NCBI GenBank assembly: GCA_030647205.1
Contig: JAUSJO010000008.1
Span: 28,770 to 92,769, forward strand
Length of the DNA: 64,000 bases
Direction: 5' to 3'
DNA from: a bacterium
GTDB taxonomy: Bacteria; Patescibacteriota; CPR2; UBA1875; JAJYID01
This document shows, in pieces, positions 57,536 to 64,000 of this stretch (position 1 is its first letter; the number at the start of each line of letters is the position of its first letter). The translations under genes and the position numbers were made by a program. The notes beneath the pieces are model-generated. The model searched no databases, was not told where the DNA came from, and saw only the letters and a program-made list of their open reading frames with translations.

Positions 57536-58126
57536 TTGAGTAATAGCTCTGATAACAGTATTAAACTTTCTGTGGGGGTGACCGACCATTTAATACCGTT
57601 ACTCGTAGATCTTTTCTATGATAACGGCGAGGGCATGGCTCTAAAAAGTAGTCTGCAGGGGTTTATTTCAGAAAAAAGCCAGGAACGAGCCTGGTCGAAT
57701 TTTCAAGATGTCTTTGGCCTTTTGGATAAAAACGAAACCGAGGAGAGGTTCGAGGGTTTTAGCATCATAATTTCTAATATAGACTTTACCGGATACGATG
57801 ACTTTTGCCATCTAATGGACGAAAAGGCAAGGGAGCTTAGCAGAGTGCTTGCAGACGATCCGATCATAAGAAACAGAGACTCAGGAGAAATCTCTGCAAG
57901 CTTGTATCGGGAATATGCTTCGCTGCGCATCATGGAAGCATGTATATCCATAGTGATGGATGTGCTTATGGCTCTTTTTGACCGGCTGCCTTTTAGTAGT
58001 CAGCAGTTCATGAGCGAACCTCTTGCAAACCTGCCTCTGTCCTTTGGTATCAGTTTGCATAAAGTCAACAGTCAGGAAGAAATGATAAGGGCTAATCTTA
58101 TCAAATTCGAGGATATCAAGCCCTGA
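57536..58126 (+). CDS. hypothetical protein
   Basis: AGGAGG RBS before TTG 57536. Confidence 0.65.
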   Translation: MSNSSDNSIKLSVGVTDHLIPLLVDLFYDNGEGMALKSSLQGFISEKSQERAWSNFQDVFGLLDKNETEERFEGFSIIISNIDFTGYDDFCHLMDEKARELSRVLADDPIIRNRDSGEISASLYREYASLRIMEACISIVMDVLMALFDRLPFSSQQFMSEPLANLPLSFGISLHKVNSQEEMIRANLIKFEDIKP

Positions 58127-58250
58127 TAAACTTCTGAGGGAGTTGAAAAGCTCGAGACTACCCATAAAATGGTGGCAAAAGCAGAGGATTCAGGCGAAAA
58201 TATCCAAGCAAGATTCTATGCTCTCAATTAAGCAAAAAGAGCAACCTATG

Positions 58251-58326
58251 GGGGGTGGCCATCGCAAGTGGAACAGTGATTCCACGATGGCCACCCCGAC
58301 CCGAAAAATGAGTTCGGGTCTTTTTT
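58251..58326 (+). repeat. conserved 3' double hairpin, copy 1
   Basis: ggggtggcc..tggaa-cagtga-ttcca..ggccacccc followed by gacccgaa..ttcgggtc-T6. Confidence 0.8.
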
Positions 58327-58460
58327 ATAACAAACCTGTGATGTGTCATATGGTTAAGTGTTGCATATTTATGTTTATCGTGGTATAGTTACTAAACGTT
58401 ATTATCCGGGGGTAAATCCCCGGTTTTTATTACGCGCAACTTAGAAAGGTGGTTTTCAAA

Positions 58461-58943
58461 GTGGCCTTTGAATTGGAAAACAAAGCATTAAAAGGGATTA
58501 TTCAAAGCGATCCGGGAATGTTTTCAAACTATAGTTTAGAAGGGTCTGCTGACGATAAATTCGTGCCATATGCATTCGCTTGCATATACCCCATAAGGAC
58601 GCTGAGCTATGTTTTTTTTCAAGTGGACGGGGGCGAGATTGATGTCGCAGCTCACCGCAAAATGATCATGGAGTACACGCTGAGAGATGAGGTTTTTGAA
58701 ATACAAAAACCCATACTTGAAGTCTGGGACGGTTTGAACGAGCTGCATACTGATCTTGCAGTAAGTCTCTACGCTGAAGTCCTGGACAGAATGCAGCTTC
58801 CTTTCACATTCATCATGTTTGCCCGGACCTATCCCAAAGGAGAAAGGCTAGCCGCTCTTTATCATCCTTCTGAGTTTCCCAGTTCTGTCTGCCTCAATTT
58901 GTTAAAGGAAGCAGTCAAGAAAAGAGATGTGAGGGATAACTAG
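58461..58943 (+). CDS. hypothetical protein
   Basis: AAAGGTGG RBS; leader hairpin ccgggg-gtaaat-ccccgg. Confidence 0.6.
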   Translation: MAFELENKALKGIIQSDPGMFSNYSLEGSADDKFVPYAFACIYPIRTLSYVFFQVDGGEIDVAAHRKMIMEYTLRDEVFEIQKPILEVWDGLNELHTDLAVSLYAEVLDRMQLPFTFIMFARTYPKGERLAALYHPSEFPSSVCLNLLKEAVKKRDVRDN

Positions 58944-58965
58944 GAAGGACTGGAAAACGATTTGT

Positions 58966-59039
58966 GGGGGTGGCCGCCAAACTGGAACTGTGATTCCAAA
59001 ACGGCCACCCCGACCCAAGATTTGTTTTGGGTCTTTTTT
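58966..59039 (+). repeat. conserved 3' double hairpin, copy 2
   Basis: ggggtggccg..tggaa-ctgtga-ttcca..cggccacccc followed by gacccaa..ttgggtc-T6. Confidence 0.8.
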
Positions 59040-59646
59040 ATTTTGCCAGCACTTTGGCTATTTCTTTTTTTAAATAGGTTAGGGCTGTAGGATCAGCTTC
59101 ATTTTGTGTCGACTGAATACATTTTTCTAGAAGTGGCAAGTATAGTTTTCTTGTTTCTTCAAATTTTCTTTCCCTCTTGGCTTCATCGATATCATCCGAA
59201 TCTCGCAGGTTGTGCAGTCTGTCGGCAAACTTGACTATGATGACACCCATGTCGTCGCATTCGTACATTTTTTTTACGTAACTTTCCACATCATTTGTCT
59301 TTGTAAGATATCCAAGGCCGTTTACCACTCTTTCTCCAAAAAGTTTGTCTAGTCCATGGTTTGAGAGGATGAAGCTGTCTTCGATAATGTCGTGCAGAAG
59401 CGCCATGATAATCATCTCAGGATCATATATCTTTAGCTCATTTATCAGAACAAGGGCAACGTTTTTTGGATGTTCAAAATATCTTGCTCCCTGGTCTCTA
59501 AACTGATTTCTGTGTCCATATTTTGATAAGGTATAGGCGTCTTCTATGGTTTTTAGGTCTTCTTTTGAAACATGAGGTCTCAAAGTATCTAGAAAACTTA
59601 TTCTGTTTACAGTTTGTTGATTTACCATTTCATTTAATCCCTTCAT
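59038..59646 (-). CDS. stand-alone RelA/SpoT-type HD hydrolase (small alarmone hydrolase-like)
   Basis: H.NQ.R..G..Y.EHP, LLHDIIED, VKFADRLHNL. Confidence 0.85.
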   Translation of the reverse strand: MKGLNEMVNQQTVNRISFLDTLRPHVSKEDLKTIEDAYTLSKYGHRNQFRDQGARYFEHPKNVALVLINELKIYDPEMIIMALLHDIIEDSFILSNHGLDKLFGERVVNGLGYLTKTNDVESYVKKMYECDDMGVIIVKFADRLHNLRDSDDIDEAKRERKFEETRKLYLPLLEKCIQSTQNEADPTALTYLKKEIAKVLAK

Positions 59647-59719
59647 CGTTCGTTAGCTTTATTGATGGAGTGTGCCCCCGGGCGACTTAGCCGCCCGGGA
59701 TTATAGTAGCACTTGTCAG

Positions 59720-59965
59720 TTAGAAGTGGAAGGCGCGGGTTTCTTGGAGTTGTTTGTCCTTGTCCAAGAACAAATTGTACACCTCCATGACCCTTTGCAT
59801 CTCCATCTCTCTGAACTTTTCCGTTTTTTCGTTGGCATCCTCTTCTGGCATGACGTACACGGGATAGTCTTCATGGTCAAACGTGTCACAGACCACGATC
59901 ATGTGGGTTGCTCCCTGTTTCTTCCCTTGATTGAACCATCTTGAGATCGTACTTGGCGCGGTCAT
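59720..59965 (-). CDS. small hypothetical protein
   Basis: AGGAGG RBS, own promoter, hairpin at 59675-59700. Confidence 0.7.
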   Translation of the reverse strand: MTAPSTISRWFNQGKKQGATHMIVVCDTFDHEDYPVYVMPEEDANEKTEKFREMEMQRVMEVYNLFLDKDKQLQETRAFHF

Positions 59966-60121
59966 AGCTCCTCCTTTGTTTGGGGTTTAGAGACGTCCTA
60001 GAACGAAAAAATGCGGCTGACAAGGTACTTACTACCTTGTAATAACCGCAATGGACGCTTTCTAGATGAAAGCCGCTGACCTATTACATTTTCATTTTAT
60101 CATACATACCGTATTTGTCAA
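59966..60121 (-). promoter_or_regulatory. promoter plus structured 5' leader
   Basis: TTGACA-16-TAAAAT; nested stems at 59988-60064. Confidence 0.6.
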
Positions 60122-60175
60122 GTACTCGTTGCGTGTTTTTTGTCTTTAGGTCCTTGGTTGGTTTATAATACATTC

Positions 60176-60343
60176 ATGCAAAAGGGGATTATTATGATCG
60201 GACTTTTTATCGGATCATCCATTGGCAGCTACCTGCCTGTACTTTGGGGTGGTAGTTTACTTTCATTCACTTCAGTATTATTGGGCGCAATTGGCGGTTT
60301 GGCTGGTGTCTGGACAGGGTATAAAATTACACAGAGTTTTTAG
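60176..60343 (+). CDS. small Gly-rich membrane protein
   Basis: leaderless, TATAAT 6 nt upstream; GSSIGSYLP.LWG. Confidence 0.6.
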   Translation: MQKGIIMIGLFIGSSIGSYLPVLWGGSLLSFTSVLLGAIGGLAGVWTGYKITQSF

Positions 60344-60408
60344 TATCTCGATTCCCTTGCATTCACCTTTATTCTTTGCTATACTAAACAAGCTTAAAAA
60401 AATATTAA

Positions 60409-60485
60409 AACACACGCTTTTTGATGCTCGATTCCTCCCGTAAAAGGGTTGTTGGGCAGGTGATAAAGGCGGAGGTCCGACGAAT
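60409..60485 (+). ncRNA. rpsB leader (t44/S2-leader-like)
   Basis: CACAC start, internal stem, GGAGG end, directly 5' of rpsB. Confidence 0.55.
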
Positions 60486-60506
60486 GTCGGAAAGAAAAGG
60501 AGAAAC

Positions 60507-61334
60507 ATGGCAGAAGTAACAATGCAAAAGCTATTTGAAGCGGGAGCACATTTCGGGCACCAGACACAAAGGTGGAATCCGAAGATGGCTCCTTATATTT
60601 TTACTCAAAAAAACAAGGTTCACATCATAGACCTTGCTCAGACTGTTAAGAAAATGGACGAAGCGAAGAAATTCGTTGAATCTATAGTGAAAAATGAAGG
60701 CAAAGTTCTCTTTGTCGGTACAAAGAAACAAGCGCAAAGCATTATTAAGGAAGAAGCCGAGAAATGCGGTATGCCTTATGTCTCAGAAAGATGGCTTGGC
60801 GGAATGCTGACGAACTTTCAGACGATTGCCTCAAGGACAAAGTACATGAAAGATCTTGAGAGAAATATCGAAGAAGGTACCGGGATGACAAAAAAGGAAA
60901 AGCTTAAGGGTGAGGAAGAGCTTAAAAAACTTCGAGCAAACCTTGGTGGTATCTTGGATATCACTAAAGTTCCTGATGCAATCTTTATAGTGGACATTGC
61001 TAAAGAGTCAACAGCGGTGAACGAAGCAAAAAAGATAGGGATACCAATAGTTGCGATCGTAGATACCAATGTAAACCCTGAACTTGTAGACTTTCCCATA
61101 CCAGCAAATGATGACGCTGTGAAAGCAGTAAAAATAATTTGTGAGTATATTTCAGACGCGATTAAGGCGGTACCGGTAAAGAAGGATACTAAAGAAGGTC
61201 CTGTAGCCACCTCTGATGACAAAAAGGAAGATAAAGTCTTGGAAAAGGATATAGAGAAAGCAGAGGAGCTAGAGGAAAAAGAAAAAGAAGTATTAGCGAA
61301 AGAATCAAAGAAAGAAGAGAAGGAGGCAAAATAA
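60507..61334 (+). CDS. rpsB: 30S ribosomal protein S2
   Basis: EAGAHFGHQT.RWNPKM, RWLGGMLTN, PANDDA. Confidence 0.98.
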   Translation: MAEVTMQKLFEAGAHFGHQTQRWNPKMAPYIFTQKNKVHIIDLAQTVKKMDEAKKFVESIVKNEGKVLFVGTKKQAQSIIKEEAEKCGMPYVSERWLGGMLTNFQTIASRTKYMKDLERNIEEGTGMTKKEKLKGEEELKKLRANLGGILDITKVPDAIFIVDIAKESTAVNEAKKIGIPIVAIVDTNVNPELVDFPIPANDDAVKAVKIICEYISDAIKAVPVKKDTKEGPVATSDDKKEDKVLEKDIEKAEELEEKEKEVLAKESKKEEKEAK

Positions 61335-61927
61335 TGGCAGATATAAAAGCAAGTGATGTAGCGTCTTTGCGTAAAATTACAGGCGCTCCCATGATGGATT
61401 GTAAAAAAGCACTAGTTGAGTCAAGTGGAGATACAGACAAGGCAATCGAGTATCTACGGAAAAAGGGAGCTGCAACAGCAGCAAAAAGAGCCGACCGTGA
61501 GGCAAAGGAAGGCGTAGTTGCTTCATATATTCATGGTGATAAACTTGGTGTTCTGGTCGAGGTGAACTCAGAAACTGACTTTGTCGCAAGAAGCGAGGAC
61601 TTTCAGAAGTTTGCTAAGGATGTAGCGATGCACGTGGCAGCAGCTAATCCGGAATATTTGAAACCGGAAGATGTCCCATCGGAAATCTTAGACAAAGAAA
61701 AAGAAATAGAGCTTGAGAAGCTAAAAAAAGAAGGCAAACCGGAGAATATTCTAGAAAAAATCTGGGAAGGCAAAAAAGAAAAATATTTTAGCGAGAATTG
61801 CCTGATGAAGCAAAGTTATGTGAAAAATCCTGATATTACCATTGAAGAACTTTTAAATGAAGTTGTTGGGAAAATCGGGGAAAAGATAGAGATACGAAGA
61901 TTCGCACGGTTCGAAGTAGGAAAATAA
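61334..61927 (+). CDS. tsf: elongation factor Ts (short form)
   Basis: LRK.TGAPMMDCKKAL, EVNSETDFVA. Confidence 0.97.
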   Translation: MADIKASDVASLRKITGAPMMDCKKALVESSGDTDKAIEYLRKKGAATAAKRADREAKEGVVASYIHGDKLGVLVEVNSETDFVARSEDFQKFAKDVAMHVAAANPEYLKPEDVPSEILDKEKEIELEKLKKEGKPENILEKIWEGKKEKYFSENCLMKQSYVKNPDITIEELLNEVVGKIGEKIEIRRFARFEVGK

Positions 61928-61989
61928 GATTAGCACTTTAGTATAGATTTCCGTTCTTTACGGGAAATAACAAAAGGAGGAACTACGAT

Positions 61990-62547
61990 ATGATACAAGA
62001 AATTGTGAAAGAAACTGAGCCAAAGTTTAAAAAGGCCATTGAGATACTGGAAGAGGAAATGGCAGCCATCCACACAGGAAGGGCGAGCTCTTCCTTGATT
62101 GATGGTATTCTTGTCGACGTATATGGAGTCAAAACTCCGATTAAAGCTGTTGCAAATATTTCTATACCTGAGCCGAGATCTATCTTGATACAGCCTTGGG
62201 ATAGGTCAAACATATCCCAAATAGAAACAGCTATTCGTGAATCAGACCTGAAGCTCAACCCGGTAAACACTGGTGAAAATATCCGTATCAATCTGCCGGA
62301 GCTGACGGAAGATCGAAGAAAAGAGTTCGTTAAGGTTGCTAAAGAAAAGGCAGAAAGTGCCCGAGTATCAGTACGAAATGTTCGCGGGGAAGCTTGGAAC
62401 GCCATAAAAAAAGCAAAAACTGATGGGAAGATTGGCGAAGATGATATGTATTACGGTGAAGAACAATTGCAAAAGATTGTTGATAAGCACAATAAGGAGA
62501 TAGAAGAAGTTTTCTCCAAAAAAGAATCCGAGCTTTTAACTATTTGA
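61990..62547 (+). CDS. frr: ribosome recycling factor
   Basis: TGRA, IQPWD, LPELTEDRRKE, RVSVRNVR. Confidence 0.97.
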   Translation: MIQEIVKETEPKFKKAIEILEEEMAAIHTGRASSSLIDGILVDVYGVKTPIKAVANISIPEPRSILIQPWDRSNISQIETAIRESDLKLNPVNTGENIRINLPELTEDRRKEFVKVAKEKAESARVSVRNVRGEAWNAIKKAKTDGKIGEDDMYYGEEQLQKIVDKHNKEIEEVFSKKESELLTI

Positions 62548-62577
62548 CATTAAATTTTTTAACGAAAGGAGCCTTGT

Positions 62578-63705
62578 TTGGCACTTTTAATCTCGATCCT
62601 AGGAGTTTTGTTTGTTTTCTCTCTCATTATTTTTGTGCATGAGTTCGGTCATTTTATAGCTGCAAAAAGAAGCGGAGTCAGGGTTGATGAGTTCGCTTTT
62701 GGTTTTCCTCCAAAACTATGGAGTAAGAAAAAAGGAGATACTAAATACGCCATAAATCTTATTCCCCTCGGCGGTTATGTGAAAATTCACGGCGATGATG
62801 GGTCAAATCCTGACGATCCGACTAGTTATGCAGGAAAACCGGCGTATATAAAAATTATTATTCTGCTTGCCGGCGTTACCCTGAACTTTGTACTGGCATG
62901 GTTTATACTTTTTGGCGGATATCTTTTTGGCATGCAACCGATACTGCCCGAGATGGCTGCTCACAATGGCATCCAAAACAATATGAAAGTTGTCGTGTCA
63001 AATGTCGAGAAAGGCACTCCGGCTGAAAAAGTGGGCATTCAAAAGAGTGATGTGATAAAAAGCGTAGATGGCCAGAGCATAAAGACAAATTTTGAAATGC
63101 TCAGCTATTTTCAGGAGAAGTCAGATAAGTCTGGGGGACAACCGATATCTGTTAAAATTGTAATAGAAAGAAACGGCGGATCACTTGAAAAGACTATTAC
63201 AACCTATAAATCAAAGCAAAAGTCCGGGAAAAATGAGGTTGAGATAAACAGGATTGGTGTTGTTGTTGATAATAAAGGGAATATAAAGGCGCCGCCTCTA
63301 ATTGCTGCAAAAGTTGCTTTTCAAGAACTGGGCAGGATGATGTATCTGACTATCTTGGGGGTTTTCGACCTCTTCACGAAGTTGATCATGAGTTTTCAGG
63401 TATCAGATAATGTTGCCGGTCCCGTAGGTATCTTTGTAGTAACCGGCAGCTTTGCGCAAATGGGAATATCCGCACTTCTTCAGTTTGCGGCAGTTCTATC
63501 GATAGCTGTTGGCGTTTTTAACATTATCCCGATTCCCGGTCTTGATGGCGGACATACGCTTATAGTTTTGATAGAAACAGCTGTCAGAAAAAAGTTTTCC
63601 AACAAAACAAAAAATATCATCCAGTTTGCCGGTTTTGGGGCACTGATATTACTAATGGTAGTTGTAACCTTCAAAGATATCCTTAGATTTGGTATTATTA
63701 AGTAG
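62578..63705 (+). CDS. rseP: RIP metalloprotease RseP with PDZ domain
   Basis: HEFGH, IPLGGYVK, NIIPIPGLDGG. Confidence 0.93.
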   Translation: MALLISILGVLFVFSLIIFVHEFGHFIAAKRSGVRVDEFAFGFPPKLWSKKKGDTKYAINLIPLGGYVKIHGDDGSNPDDPTSYAGKPAYIKIIILLAGVTLNFVLAWFILFGGYLFGMQPILPEMAAHNGIQNNMKVVVSNVEKGTPAEKVGIQKSDVIKSVDGQSIKTNFEMLSYFQEKSDKSGGQPISVKIVIERNGGSLEKTITTYKSKQKSGKNEVEINRIGVVVDNKGNIKAPPLIAAKVAFQELGRMMYLTILGVFDLFTKLIMSFQVSDNVAGPVGIFVVTGSFAQMGISALLQFAAVLSIAVGVFNIIPIPGLDGGHTLIVLIETAVRKKFSNKTKNIIQFAGFGALILLMVVVTFKDILRFGIIK

Positions 63706-63734
63706 TTTGATAATTAAAGTAATAATTCAAAAAA

Positions 63735-64000
63735 ATGAAAACAAGCAAACTTTTTACAAAAACAACAAAGAATATCTCGAAAGAGGCTGAGAGTAAAAAC
63801 CATGAGTTTTTGGTTCGGGCCGGTTATGTGGATCAGTTAATGGCTGGTGTTTATACATATTTGCCGTTAGGCCTTAAGGTTTTGCAAAAAATAGAAAGCA
63901 TCATTAGAGAAGAAATGACGGCCATTGATGGGCAAGAAATATTGATGCCGGCGCTTCATCCCGCAGAGAATTGGAAGAAAACAGGCCGCTGGGAAACTAT
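63735..64000 (+). CDS. proS: proline--tRNA ligase, 3'-truncated by window
   Basis: MKTSKLF...HEFLVRAGYV.Q..AGVYTYLPLG.KV...IREEM...GQEILMPALHP...W..TGRW. Confidence 0.92.
   Translation, partial: MKTSKLFTKTTKNISKEAESKNHEFLVRAGYVDQLMAGVYTYLPLGLKVLQKIESIIREEMTAIDGQEILMPALHPAENWKKTGRWET

Noticed and set aside
58143-58388. 81-aa ORF
   Set aside because: Runs through hairpins and a terminator; better explained as non-coding structure.
58251-59039. Integron attC sites
   Set aside because: No RYYYAAC/GTTRRRY ends and no integron integrase in the window.
61927-61990. Absence of pyrH between tsf and frr (also no rpmA after rplU, no prmC after prfA)
   Set aside because: Operon fragmentation is common in reduced genomes, and gene loss cannot be inferred from one window.
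1-64000. Alternative genetic code, tRNA/rRNA genes, and the many short antisense or overlapping ORFs in the track
   Set aside because: Genes end normally at TGA; no cloverleaf or rRNA signature was recognised; the shadow ORFs lie over well-supported genes.

Overview
Bacterial chromosomal segment that reads cleanly with genetic code 11. Its compact gene set, patchy metabolism and many leaderless genes suggest a CPR/Patescibacteria-like organism (inference). Core genes are ileS, rodA, rplU, parAB, lepB, an LCP protein, htrA, prfA, rpmE and rpsB-tsf-frr-rseP-proS. They are interleaved with many small accessory units that carry their own promoter and terminator. A defence island at about 32-46 kb encodes a membrane-spanning REase-like protein, GmrSD, a PD-(D/E)XK nuclease, a type I R-M operon with two embedded cargo genes (DUF4393/Abi-alpha-like and a short UvrD-like helicase), and Fic. 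The most unusual signals are non-coding: (i) two diverged ~230-nt structured elements with compensatory base changes around a 3-gene block; (ii) unrelated genes 30 kb apart that share the same leader and terminator 'chassis', plus a conserved 3' hairpin; (iii) promoter-containing direct repeats and a recurring junction motif at cassette boundaries in the defence island; (iv) a small wHTH gene bracketed by three 32-bp palindromes. No rRNA, tRNA, CRISPR array, integrase or transposase was recognised.
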